The notes under the pieces: generated by a model
Seen by the model: the letters and a program-made list of their open reading frames with translations, nothing else
What the model was told of the DNA's origin: nothing
Databases searched by the model: none
Program-made: the position numbers and the translations under genes
Shown: positions 21,257 to 31,143 of the stretch, one piece after another
Layout of the letters: each line of letters starts with the position of its first letter
How positions within the stretch are numbered: the stretch's first letter is position 1
IMG/VR virus record: IMGVR_UViG_3300037067_004901
Coordinates: 32,001 to 96,000 of that record
Source of the DNA: a virus
Lineage: Duplodnaviria > Caudoviricetes
Length of the DNA: 64,000 nucleotides
Reading direction: 5' to 3' (one strand)

Positions 21257-21625
21257 AATACTGAACAAACTAGCGTATAATTGCGCAGAAATATATAAAT
21301 ATTTTCACACACCAAAATCAAATGACTTTAATTGGAAGAAAGCAGAAGAAGCACTTGAATTAGATAAAAGAATAAATGGCGAAGATTTTTTATTATGTAT
21401 GTTAGAGGAGACTAATGGCTAAAATTAAAGTTTTAATCAATAAAAAGAACGCAGAAGGTTGTGATACAGGTGATAGAATAACAGTCGAAGCAGATTTTTT
21501 AAAAGATAATGCTACGAACATTCTAGTGAAATTACCAGATGGTAATATAGTCACCAGAAAAAAGAAACGCGATATAATAATGTAATTAAGGAAATAGCAG
21601 TTTAATAAAAATTTTAAAAAAATAC

Positions 21626-21654
21626 TTGACAAAATCACATTTATGTGTTATACT
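21626..21654 (+). promoter_or_regulatory. Consensus sigma70 promoter upstream of the Y-RNA/Ro60 unit
   Basis: TTGACA-17 nt-TATACT. Confidence 0.8.
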
Positions 21655-21703
21655 TACTATAATAGAAAAGAAAACGTAAGATTATTTAAAAATCGGGGAT
21701 AAA

Positions 21704-21940
21704 ATGGCAGAAAATGAAAAGGATTTTAAAGTTAATATAAAATGTCCATCTTGTCAAACTATAAATAAAGTAGACTATTCTACTTTTAAGATGGCAATGC
21801 TTGCAAACCATTTTTATAGATATACATGTGATAATGATAAATGTAAATCAAGATTTTTAGTTACTTATAAAATGATGTTTGTACCAATCAAAAGCAATCA
21901 GCTCCCTGAACAAGCTTTTGAATCTTTGATAATCGAATAA
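21704..21940 (+). CDS. Small zinc-finger protein
   Basis: CPSC...CDNDKC. Confidence 0.6.
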   Translation: MAENEKDFKVNIKCPSCQTINKVDYSTFKMAMLANHFYRYTCDNDKCKSRFLVTYKMMFVPIKSNQLPEQAFESLIIE

Positions 21941-21944
21941 GATT

Positions 21945-22028
21945 TTGGGTGGCGTAGATGAGACTTACTTCGTATGATACACGCATGTGGCGTCGAGCCA
22001 CAGTCTGTTTCATCGCTTGTTCCCCCAA
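21945..22028 (+). ncRNA. Y-RNA-like element 1
   Basis: TTGGG/CCCAA terminal stem, GGCGTAG opposite CGCTTG, GATGAGAC/GTTTCATC stem, TACTTCG, internal hairpin TGTGGC/GCCACA. Confidence 0.75.
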
Positions 22029-22035
22029 TTCATTT

Positions 22036-22124
22036 TAAGGTGGCGTAGATTAGGGTTACTTCATACTCAGAGAGTTCGGGCAATTTCCCGGACATAAAAA
22101 GTCCCTTATCGTTTGTTCCCCTTA
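22036..22124 (+). ncRNA. Y-RNA-like element 2
   Basis: TAAGG/CCTTA stem, GGCGTAG opposite CGTTTG, GATTAGGG/CCCTTATC stem, TACTTCA, hairpin GTTCGGG/CCCGGAC. Confidence 0.72.
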
Positions 22125-22131
22125 TTAAAAT

Positions 22132-22192
22132 TGCGGTGACGTAGGCAAGACATACTTCGGCTATGAAAAAGTCTTGTCGCTTGATTCCCGCA
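22132..22192 (+). ncRNA. Y-RNA-like element 3 (minimal)
   Basis: TGCGG/CCGCA stem, GACGTAG opposite CGCTTG, GGCAAGAC/GTCTTGTC stem, TACTTCG. Confidence 0.72.
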
Positions 22193-22206
22193 TCGTTCTT
22201 TTAAAA

Positions 22207-22540
22207 CTGTATTGGGTGCCGTAGAATACGTGATACTTCGTATACTGACAAGTAATGTAAGCGCATAATAAATGAGATATAAGCGCGCTTGATATTTAAT
22301 GATATAAGAATAGACTTACAAAGTTGAAAACTTGTATCATTATGTAAGCAAAGCATTCTTCTACATGTCTTGCATGCGACATTGCTTTTATAGAATGTGT
22401 AACAATAAGATGTGACGGTAAACCGCGTTATAAATTGTCATGTGAACGCCTAGCGTGAGCATAGACAACTTACTATAACAGTTAAGGTTCCCAGCCGTTA
22501 AATGGACCAAGCTCACTGTTCGCTTGTTGCCCCTATATAG
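22207..22540 (+). ncRNA. Y-RNA-like element 4 (giant, ~270-nt inserted domain)
   Basis: CTGTATTGGG/CCCTATATAG stem, GCCGTAG opposite CGCTTG, GAATACGTGA/TCACTGTTC stem, TACTTCG. Confidence 0.68.
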
Positions 22541-22566
22541 TTCTAAAATAAAAAAAGGAGATAAAA

Positions 22567-24090
22567 ATGTCAAGATTTAATCAATCTACAAAAACTGTAA
22601 AATCTTCTAAAACTGTAAATGCAGAAGGTGCAGAAGCATACACTTTAACACCAAAGTTAGAGTTGTATTCGCTTGCTTGTACTTTTCTTGGACAGGATAA
22701 ATTTTATGAGAAAGCAGATAAGCAATTAAAAAGGCTTGTAGAACTGATTAAAAAGAATGACCCGGAATTTGTCGCGAAATTGGCTGTATATGTTCGCGAG
22801 AAAATGTATTTGAGAACATTACCACTTGTATTGTCTGTTGAATTAGCCAAAGTACATAGTGGTGACAATCTAGTATCTCGTGCTGTTGAGCGCGTTATAC
22901 AACGTGTTGATGAATTAACAGAGATACTTGCATATTATCAATTTTCAAACAACAGAAAGGATGTAAAAAAACTTTCTAAACTTTCCAAACAAATCAGATT
23001 AGGTATTGCAAATGCTTTTAATAAATTTGATTCTTATCAATTCTCTAAATATAATCGAGATAATGAGATTAAACTAAAAGACGCTTTATTTATTTCGCAT
23101 CCGTTTCCAAAAGATAACAAACAAGAAAATATTTTTAAAAAGATAGTAGATGATACTTTAGAAGTTCCATATACTTGGGAAGTAGAGCTATCGCGTTTAG
23201 GTCAACAAAAGTTCGATACAGAAGAAGCGAAAGCAGAAGCAGTTTCTAAGAAATGGGAAGAACTGATAGCTAGCAATAAACTTGGTTATATGGCTACTCT
23301 AAGAAATTTAAGAAATATCTTGGATGCTAAAGTCTCTACTATTTATATAGAGAAAGTCTGTCAGTATTTATCGAATGCAAAAGCTGTAAGAAATTCCAAA
23401 CAGTTACCTTTTAGATTTTTCTCTGCATATAGAGAATTAGAAGGGAATGCTTCGAAACATACTGACAAAATACTTTTTGCTTTAGAAGAAGCAGTTAAGA
23501 TAAGCATAGAGAACATACCAACCCTTAATGGTGATGTTCTGATTGCTTGTGATGTGTCTGGGTCTATGCAAACTCCTATCTCTGCTAAATCTAAAGTTGA
23601 ACGTTACGATATTGGGTTATTGTTAGGACAGTTGTTAAGATTGAAATGTGAAAACAATATACTTGGTATCTTTGGAGATACGTTTAAAGTAAAAAGAACA
23701 ACTAGCAAAGAACTACTATCGAATACAATGAGACTTCACGATATTGAAGGCGAAGTAGGGTATTCTACTAATGGTTATCTAGTGATAGATTGGTTGATAA
23801 AAAACAAAGTAGTGATGGATAAAGTAATAATGTTCACTGATTGTCAGATGTGGGATAGTAGATATGGGAACACTCAAAACTTCGCTGATTATTGGAGAAC
23901 ATATAAACAGATTGCACCAAAAGCAAAACTTATTCTCTTTGATATGGCTGGATATGGAAATACTCCTATAGACACAAAAACAAATGATGTGTATTTGATA
24001 GCAGGATGGAGTGATAAAATATTCGATATGATAGAAGCATATGAAAATAAAGAAAGTGCTGTCAAAGAAATAGAAGCGATGGAGATATGA
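22567..24090 (+). CDS. rsr: Ro60/TROVE-domain RNA-binding protein with vWA domain
   Basis: N-terminal NAEGAEAY, TWEVELS, YMATLRNL, LPFRFFSAY, MIDAS DVSGSM, FTDCQ, IAGWSD. Confidence 0.95.
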   Translation: MSRFNQSTKTVKSSKTVNAEGAEAYTLTPKLELYSLACTFLGQDKFYEKADKQLKRLVELIKKNDPEFVAKLAVYVREKMYLRTLPLVLSVELAKVHSGDNLVSRAVERVIQRVDELTEILAYYQFSNNRKDVKKLSKLSKQIRLGIANAFNKFDSYQFSKYNRDNEIKLKDALFISHPFPKDNKQENIFKKIVDDTLEVPYTWEVELSRLGQQKFDTEEAKAEAVSKKWEELIASNKLGYMATLRNLRNILDAKVSTIYIEKVCQYLSNAKAVRNSKQLPFRFFSAYRELEGNASKHTDKILFALEEAVKISIENIPTLNGDVLIACDVSGSMQTPISAKSKVERYDIGLLLGQLLRLKCENNILGIFGDTFKVKRTTSKELLSNTMRLHDIEGEVGYSTNGYLVIDWLIKNKVVMDKVIMFTDCQMWDSRYGNTQNFADYWRTYKQIAPKAKLILFDMAGYGNTPIDTKTNDVYLIAGWSDKIFDMIEAYENKESAVKEIEAMEI

Positions 24091-24509
24091 TTGAACAGTT
24101 TTCAAAAGAATATATAAATTTTTTAGAAAAGAATAAACTATTGCCACTGGATGAAACTGCAAAATATCTAAATATACACCCCGCAACGTTACGTACATTA
24201 GTTAAAAGAAACGAAATAAAAAGTGTAAAAATAGGTAAAAGATATTATTTTAATTTAGAAGATATTAAAAATAATAACAGTAAAGTTGTGTATCCAAGTG
24301 GCATAAGTGTTAGTAATGGATATCTGAAAGTTCTTGTTGGAAAAGATTTCCCAAACGCTGATTTAGATGGATATATTGCTTTACATAAATTAATATTAGA
24401 AGCTTCTTTATTAAGACGATTATTACCAACAGAAGAAATACTTCATAATGATGGTAATACTATGAATAATTTATTAAGTAATTTATTAATAAAGATAGTA
24501 AATTCGTGA
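24087..24509 (+). CDS. Excisionase-type HTH fused to HNH-like domain
   Basis: ETAKYLNIHPATLRTL..SVKIGKRY HTH; GYIALHKL...EEILHNDGNTMNNLLSNL HNH-like. Confidence 0.7.
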   Translation: MIEQFSKEYINFLEKNKLLPLDETAKYLNIHPATLRTLVKRNEIKSVKIGKRYYFNLEDIKNNNSKVVYPSGISVSNGYLKVLVGKDFPNADLDGYIALHKLILEASLLRRLLPTEEILHNDGNTMNNLLSNLLIKIVNS

Positions 24510-24686
24510 TTAAAGAAAATATAAAAAATAATTTTTACAATAAAAAATGTTGTTTTATATGTAAAAAAATATTTACAAAAAGAGATAAAATAGAAAATAA
24601 TATAATCGAAGTTTTTGATACATCATTTGGTTGTGCCGTTAAAATACATAAACAGCACAACAATTTTTTTGTAGGAGGTATGGATA

Positions 24687-24941
24687 ATGCCATATAGTTC
24701 TATTAATGAAATACCTGATTATGTAAAAAAGAAAACAAAAAATTCTAAAAAACGTAGACAATGGATGCAAGTTTTTAATAGTGTATATAGACAAACGAGA
24801 AGCGAAGCACGAGCTTTCGCGGCAGCTAATGCAGTAATGAGTAGAAAGAAAGAATATACAAAAGAAGAAGTAAATAGTATTATCAAAGATTATATAAATT
24901 GTAATAGAAAAGGTAAGTTTATAGAAGAAGATGAAATATAA
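24687..24941 (+). CDS. ChaB-like protein
   Basis: MPYSSINEIPDYVK...RQWMQVFNSVY...ARAFAAANA. Confidence 0.7.
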   Translation: MPYSSINEIPDYVKKKTKNSKKRRQWMQVFNSVYRQTRSEARAFAAANAVMSRKKEYTKEEVNSIIKDYINCNRKGKFIEEDEI

Positions 24942-25846
24942 TGGCCGTAGAAAAAAGAAAAGAATCTGTTGATTTTTCTGATAAAGAAAAAGATAATATC
25001 AATACTGAATCAGAACAAAACAAAGATAATATTGTTATTGCAGTAGAGCCATTGGTATCACACAAAAGAAATGCTTTAAAATTTGATAGTGGTAAAATAT
25101 CTGATTTAAAATATCTAGAAGATATATTTTCTTCAGATTACGATAAATTTCATTCATTAGATTTTTTAAAAAAAATTCATGCCGAATTACTCTCACAAGG
25201 ATATCCACAAACCCCAGCATTAAACGAATATTTATTTTGGACAACCATTTCTAGAAGAATGCAGATTATCTATCAAGAAAATCATAAAAAAGAAATGGGA
25301 GAATTAGAAGAAGGTGAATCCTTAAAAGGTATTGAAGATTTAAAATTCTTAGATTCATTACAAAGTGTAGCTGAACATGTTACGGCATTGCAAAAAGTTA
25401 TAGATGTTTCTTTAGAGACAGCTAAACAAGTTAAAGATGTTGTAGATTTACATAAAGAAACATGTGAACGAGCAGAAAAGTTTTTAGCGGCACATTTTGG
25501 GGAATATGTAAAGAGACATTCAGCTAGTGGTAAAATAACAGATATCATAGATAAAGCTTATTGGGCTTTTATACAGGATGTTATTTATAAAGAAGATGGT
25601 ATAGAAAACGTAGATTATGTTTGGTCTGAAGAATTAAAATTTTTAATTGATAAAAAAATAATACCAGTAGAAATTATGGCTTTTATATTGCGTACTAGTA
25701 TAGAATCATTGTATAATACTGCAAAGATTAGAAAAGATGAAATGATAGAAATTGACAAAGAAAAAGCTGAAAAAAATCTAAAAGAACTTATGTTAGAATT
25801 TGAATTATTACGTGATGCAAAAGATAGAGAAATATTAGAGAAATGA
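24941..25846 (+). CDS. Hypothetical helical protein, positional candidate for terminase small subunit
   Basis: Overlaps the terL start (ATGA); position only. Confidence 0.35.
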   Translation: MAVEKRKESVDFSDKEKDNINTESEQNKDNIVIAVEPLVSHKRNALKFDSGKISDLKYLEDIFSSDYDKFHSLDFLKKIHAELLSQGYPQTPALNEYLFWTTISRRMQIIYQENHKKEMGELEEGESLKGIEDLKFLDSLQSVAEHVTALQKVIDVSLETAKQVKDVVDLHKETCERAEKFLAAHFGEYVKRHSASGKITDIIDKAYWAFIQDVIYKEDGIENVDYVWSEELKFLIDKKIIPVEIMAFILRTSIESLYNTAKIRKDEMIEIDKEKAEKNLKELMLEFELLRDAKDREILEK

Positions 25847-27471
25847 AATTAGACCCAGAAATAAAACGTGCATTAGCATATTATATAGTAATGAAGCATC
25901 AAATAGAGTTTGAAAACTTTTTTGGTCCTATTGCATGGCAAAAACCATTTAAAGTTCGTTATTATCAATATGGATATACCATTGCAGATGATTGTGTTGT
26001 TTATGGTGGTCGTTCTTTTGGAAAATCTATTACACTAGAATTTAATATGGCGCAAAATGCTATTAATATATATAACGAAGAAAGTTTATTAACTACTTTT
26101 AGACGTATGCATATAAAAGATAGATTTGAGAAAGTCATATCTTATTTTACTAGAATCCCTTACTTCAGAAAATTTTTAAAAGGTGCTGGTGATAAATCCA
26201 CAAAAGAATCTATAACGAGAACACCGTTTTATGATATACACTTGCGTAATGGGCACTCTCTTAAAGGTATTAGTGTTGGTGACGACCCATTAGCTGTAGC
26301 TATACAAGGTACTCACCCAGTAAGAAGATATATAGACGAAACACAAATGTTTCCAAGAGAAGCTTGGGTAAAGTTTCAATCTACAAGAGACCCAAAAGGT
26401 AGCAATGATAAATACTTTGGATGTTGTGATGGAAGAATCACTACTCCATATTATGAACTAGAAAAATCTAGAAAGTTTAAAAATAAAAGATTTCATGTAC
26501 CAAGATTATACGAACCATATTTTAATCAAGAAGATAAATTTAATTTAATACAAACACTAGGTTCTGAAAATAGTAATGAATATTTACAACAAGTGCTTGC
26601 ATTGCATGGAGAACCAGAATGGGCTGTATGGCCAGAAGAATCAATAAGAGCTTGTATCGATAAGACAGAAGTTAAAGTGGGAACCGGGATATTGTCTCAT
26701 CATATTGATTTTATAACTATATCTGCAAAAGATTATAAAGATTCTGGTAATCCAATGTTATTTTTACAATCATTAAAAATACCAAAAGGTGTTACAGAAA
26801 CAATATTAGCTATAGATGCTGGATATTCAGAACCGACAGTAGTATTACCTTTTATGAGAATTAATCATAAGTGGCACTTATATACTATTATAGAATTAAT
26901 TGATAGAATGATACCGGATGACCAAACAGAAATTATAGATTATATTGCAAATTTTTATAATGCAATGATAATACCGATAGATTGTACATCTGCTGATGGG
27001 CGCGCAGTAGCATCATCATTACAAAATCCAAAACGGGAAGAATATAAAAATAAGAATTATGACAAGAGAGTTATTTGGGTAGAATTTAATAAATATTTTG
27101 AAGTAGGCAAAAGAATAAATGAAAAAACACAAGAAGAAGAACCAATTAAAGAAAAGGTTAAAGATAAGACAACGACTGTATTAAGACAAATGTTTGCGAA
27201 TCAAGATTTTTTTATGTATTATTCTGAAGAATTACTTGTACAATTTAATGCAGAAAGTCAACGAAGAACAAGTGCTGGTAGAATTGAAATTAAAACTCCT
27301 GATTGGGTGCATATTCCAGAAGCGTTTCGTTGTTTTGCGGCTGCATATTACGAAAAATATATGAATGTTAAACCAGAAATAGAAGAAGATGAGTATGGTG
27401 AAATGGCGCATGCAGAAAATATTGAATTAAATTTTACAATTTTTTCTGATAATAAGGATAGATATGAATAA
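25843..27471 (+). CDS. terL: Terminase large subunit
   Basis: YQ adenine-binding motif, Walker A GGRSFGKS, Walker B RRYIDE, RNase H-like LAIDAG. Confidence 0.85.
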   Translation: MKLDPEIKRALAYYIVMKHQIEFENFFGPIAWQKPFKVRYYQYGYTIADDCVVYGGRSFGKSITLEFNMAQNAINIYNEESLLTTFRRMHIKDRFEKVISYFTRIPYFRKFLKGAGDKSTKESITRTPFYDIHLRNGHSLKGISVGDDPLAVAIQGTHPVRRYIDETQMFPREAWVKFQSTRDPKGSNDKYFGCCDGRITTPYYELEKSRKFKNKRFHVPRLYEPYFNQEDKFNLIQTLGSENSNEYLQQVLALHGEPEWAVWPEESIRACIDKTEVKVGTGILSHHIDFITISAKDYKDSGNPMLFLQSLKIPKGVTETILAIDAGYSEPTVVLPFMRINHKWHLYTIIELIDRMIPDDQTEIIDYIANFYNAMIIPIDCTSADGRAVASSLQNPKREEYKNKNYDKRVIWVEFNKYFEVGKRINEKTQEEEPIKEKVKDKTTTVLRQMFANQDFFMYYSEELLVQFNAESQRRTSAGRIEIKTPDWVHIPEAFRCFAAAYYEKYMNVKPEIEEDEYGEMAHAENIELNFTIFSDNKDRYE

Positions 27472-27965
27472 TAGTGAGATTCCTGTAGGTGTATTAATAA
27501 TTACTAAAATAGTAAAAAAGGGTGCAAGAATATATCAAACTGGTAGTAAACGCCCTATTGCTATAGCAGAAGAAAATTTTTTAGTTGGTGATATGGGGAT
27601 TCTTGATTACTCTACATCATATCCAATAGATGTCAGAAATAAATTATTAATATTACCTGGTCTAAAAAAAAATGCAAATCTAGAGAAATACATAAAAAAC
27701 TTAGTGGAGAAAAAATGTCCGAACAAGAAAAAATAATAACACAAGAAGAAAGAATTAAACAATTATTATCTAAATATGCTTCTTTTATAAATCAATCACA
27801 CGAAGAAAAAATAAAAATTGTAAGATTATGTGGTATACTTTCATATTTAGAGGCATTAAAATCACAAAATATGAATATAGATGGCGCTATAAAGCAATTA
27901 GAAAATTTTTTAGATAAAATCATATTACCTTATATAGGAGGTGATACAAATGGCAAAAAAACCTA

Positions 27966-28538
27966 ATGGTGGCAAAAAAAGTGGAAAGGGTGGTGGGTGT
28001 GGACGTTAAAGATTATTTAAAAAAATATTTAAATGAAAATTTAAAAGAAAAAGTATTATTAATGTATGATGCCATACAAGAAGATTTTTCGCATTGGCCT
28101 GCTAGTATTAAATACCATCATAATTATGAAGGTGGTCTTTACAAACACACACAAGAAGTTATTGAATCTGGTTTAAAACTATATAAAACATTTGAAGAAG
28201 ACTTTAAAAAGAAATTAATTACAGAATCAGATATAGTTTTTGTATGCTTTATACATGATTTGGAAAAACTTACAAAATATAATGATAATAAAAAATTTGA
28301 TTCTGAAAACTGGCAGGCCAATGTATATGAATTTGAATTTAATAATAATAAATTAGATTGTCATGATAGCGCGAAAGTTGTTAATATTTGTGCAAAGTAT
28401 GGAATTTTTTTATCCGATAAACAACTTAACGCAGTTTCTTATCATCATGGTGGCTGGACTAAAGATGGAGGAAAAATGCATGCATTAGCTGTATTATTGC
28501 ATATGTCAGATTTAATGAGTGCAAATGTCAAATCATAA
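27966..28538 (+). CDS. HD-domain protein, YhaM-like
   Basis: PASIKYHHNYEGGLYKHT...IHDLEK...HHG...LHMSD. Confidence 0.8.
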   Translation: MVAKKVERVVGVDVKDYLKKYLNENLKEKVLLMYDAIQEDFSHWPASIKYHHNYEGGLYKHTQEVIESGLKLYKTFEEDFKKKLITESDIVFVCFIHDLEKLTKYNDNKKFDSENWQANVYEFEFNNNKLDCHDSAKVVNICAKYGIFLSDKQLNAVSYHHGGWTKDGGKMHALAVLLHMSDLMSANVKS

Positions 28539-28674
28539 GGAGATGTTATGGCAAATTATTGTATTAATTTAGAAAAATCTGAAAACTGTAAATTTTTATT
28601 TAGAGGTGTTGTTATTGGCACTGATAAAAAATTATGTAATATTTTATCAGGTGTAAAACCATGTCTTACGGAAT

Positions 28675-29349
28675 GTGTTTGCGTGGAAAACTGCAAATGT
28701 GAAAAAAATAATCAAAATGGCTAATATAGACAAAAGAATCGATGTTTTAATACTATCTGCTGGAAAAGGCAGTAGAATTAAATCGCAATTTGGGAACACA
28801 CCAAAAGCATTAATAGAACATAATGGGGAAGTTGCTTTAAATAAAGTATTACATCCATTTACTAAAAGTGTAGATGATTTTAAAATATCTATTAATGTTA
28901 GAAAAGATGAAGTTGATGTATTTAAAAATTTAGGTTTTGATTTATTGATTGAAGATTTTCCATTAGGCAATGCTGGCGCGATTAAATTATTTGGTGCTAA
29001 TTTATCTGACCCATTTATTGTTAGTCATAATGATGTAGATTTACGAGATATCAATGCAATCGATTTTTATATGGAACATTTACAAAATGATAGTTTTGTA
29101 ACGATGTCTGTTTTTAATACTGCGCATGAAAAAGAACGTGGTATAATAGTTAAAAAATATAACAAAGTATTAAACTTTACGCGTGAGCGTTGGGTAAACT
29201 GTGGTTTTTATTGTGTAAGTCATAAAACTTTTGATATTCTTGATGATGGTTTTCAGGATATTGACGAACATATGTTACCAAGATTATCTTCTATACATCA
29301 ATTATCTTGTTATGAGTATAAAGGATTTTATGAAGATTGGGGTAGATAA
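28675..29349 (+). CDS. Sugar-1-phosphate nucleotidyltransferase (HddC-like)
   Basis: LSAGKGSR..PKAL, PLGNAGAI, HND, NCGFY, YEDWG; start may be ATG ~28717. Confidence 0.85.
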   Translation: MFAWKTANVKKIIKMANIDKRIDVLILSAGKGSRIKSQFGNTPKALIEHNGEVALNKVLHPFTKSVDDFKISINVRKDEVDVFKNLGFDLLIEDFPLGNAGAIKLFGANLSDPFIVSHNDVDLRDINAIDFYMEHLQNDSFVTMSVFNTAHEKERGIIVKKYNKVLNFTRERWVNCGFYCVSHKTFDILDDGFQDIDEHMLPRLSSIHQLSCYEYKGFYEDWGR

Positions 29350-29936
29350 TGAATTATAATGAATTAGTAAAAGAAGCACTAGAAAAGTATAGTGTGAATG
29401 GTTTGGGTGGTTGGATGTCTGTTATAGATAGAGATTGGATATCACAATTTTTAACTACTAAATTTGATAGAAATGTTACAATAGAGATAGCTGAAGTAGG
29501 TGTATTTCAGGGTGGTTCGTCATTAATTTATTTAGTTGCGCTTCCTAATTGTAAATTTCACGCAATAGACAATTGGCTTGGTGGACCAGCTTCACCTGGT
29601 TTTGAAACAATTAAAGAAGGATTTATTTATTTTACAAAACAATTTGAAGATAGAATAGTAATGCATAGTGGTGATTCTACAGAAATTGGAAAACAATGGA
29701 ATATAGAATTAGACTTATGTATGGTAGATGCAAATCATGATTTACATTTTCCAAGAGAAGATATATTCTATTATAGTAAATGGATTAAGAAAAATGGTTA
29801 TTTGTTAATTGATGATTATGATATGCCAAACGTAAAACAAGCTGTAGACTTTATGATACTTAATCATCCTAATTGGAAATTTATACATAATACTGTGCCA
29901 GATGGTGGCAAAGTAATAACATTTCAGAGGATGTAA
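29349..29936 (+). CDS. SAM-dependent methyltransferase (Methyltransf_24-like)
   Basis: EVGVFQGGS, DANH, IDDY. Confidence 0.85.
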   Translation: MNYNELVKEALEKYSVNGLGGWMSVIDRDWISQFLTTKFDRNVTIEIAEVGVFQGGSSLIYLVALPNCKFHAIDNWLGGPASPGFETIKEGFIYFTKQFEDRIVMHSGDSTEIGKQWNIELDLCMVDANHDLHFPREDIFYYSKWIKKNGYLLIDDYDMPNVKQAVDFMILNHPNWKFIHNTVPDGGKVITFQRM

Positions 29937-30553
29937 TGTTAAATATAAAACAACAATTTTTAAATAAATGGCATAAATATCTAGAATCAGAAAAATGGAA
30001 TAAACATGGTGGAGATGGATTCAAAACATGGGGTCATGGAAATTTTCCATTTGTTGCATCATTAGTTCCAGATAGTGCAAAAAAAGTTTTAGAAATAGGT
30101 TGCGCAGATGGATATTTATCACATCTTTTAATACAAAAAGGACATGATGTTATAGGTTTAACATATGCAGAAAATGAACAACGTAATTGTATAAAAAATG
30201 GTGTTAATGCTATATTATCAGATATGCATGACTTACCATTTTTAGATGATACATTTGATGCTATTGTATCAAGACAAACATTAGAACATGCTTTATCTCC
30301 ATTAGTAGTTTTATTTGAATGTAATAGAGTATTAAAACATAATGGTTATTTAATAATACATATTCCATATAGTTTAGACGGGACAGATTATTCATTAGAT
30401 TATCATCACTCTCCCTTCACACCAATACAATGGAGATTTTATTTATATAAATCTGGTTTTAGAGAAATACTTAAAGAAGATAGAGATATAGAACAAAACT
30501 CATATTACTTTATAGTAAGAAAAACAGAAGTATTGACTTGGGAGATTTCGTAG
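29936..30553 (+). CDS. Class I SAM-dependent methyltransferase
   Basis: VLEIGCADG, DMHDLPFLDDTFD, LEH, RVLK..G. Confidence 0.9.
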   Translation: MLNIKQQFLNKWHKYLESEKWNKHGGDGFKTWGHGNFPFVASLVPDSAKKVLEIGCADGYLSHLLIQKGHDVIGLTYAENEQRNCIKNGVNAILSDMHDLPFLDDTFDAIVSRQTLEHALSPLVVLFECNRVLKHNGYLIIHIPYSLDGTDYSLDYHHSPFTPIQWRFYLYKSGFREILKEDRDIEQNSYYFIVRKTEVLTWEIS

Positions 30554-31143
30554 TGAACATTGATGAAATATTAAGAACAGTTGATAAAATACCTGGTACT
30601 GGTGGCAGAATGGATTATGCTATGAATTTACATAAAATTGCAATGAAATTACCGGATAATGCGATTATTGTAGAGATTGGAACTCAAAATGGTGGTTCAG
30701 CCGCAACATTTGCATTAACGTTAAAAGAACGTGGTGTTAAAATATATTGCATAGACCCTTGTTTTATCAAAGAAGAAGATAGACCAGCATCATATAGTCA
30801 ATATGCTATTGGGGCATACACTATGAAAGGTATTGTAGAAAAATTTACTGAATTGAATATTTTAAATAACTTTATATTTTTAGCTGGTACAAGTCAAGAG
30901 GTGTTACCTAGATATAATGGTGAAAAATTTGACATGTTATATATTGATGGGTCTCATACATATGAAGAAGTAAAAATTGATATATCTTGGTTAAAACATG
31001 CAAAAGATAAATGTATATTAATGCTTGATGATTGGATAAAACCCGTTGAACAAGCTTGTAATGAAGAAATAATAAAATTTAAAAACTTTACACAACGTAC
31101 AGATAATAATTTTTGGCCTATGTATTTTACTAGAGGATATTAA
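30538..31143 (+). CDS. SAM-dependent methyltransferase (Methyltransf_24-like)
   Basis: VEIGTQNGGS, FDMLYIDGSHTYE, LDDW. Confidence 0.85.
   Translation: MGDFVVNIDEILRTVDKIPGTGGRMDYAMNLHKIAMKLPDNAIIVEIGTQNGGSAATFALTLKERGVKIYCIDPCFIKEEDRPASYSQYAIGAYTMKGIVEKFTELNILNNFIFLAGTSQEVLPRYNGEKFDMLYIDGSHTYEEVKIDISWLKHAKDKCILMLDDWIKPVEQACNEEIIKFKNFTQRTDNNFWPMYFTRGY

Noticed and set aside
22241-22512. tmRNA or group I intron as the unit 4 insert
   Set aside because: No tRNA-like ends, T-arm or tag ORF, and I could not find the conserved P7 core; left unclassified
21945-22540. CRISPR mini-array
   Set aside because: Repeat units are not identical; they are paired 5'/3' motifs with covarying stems and very unequal inserts, and no cas genes are present
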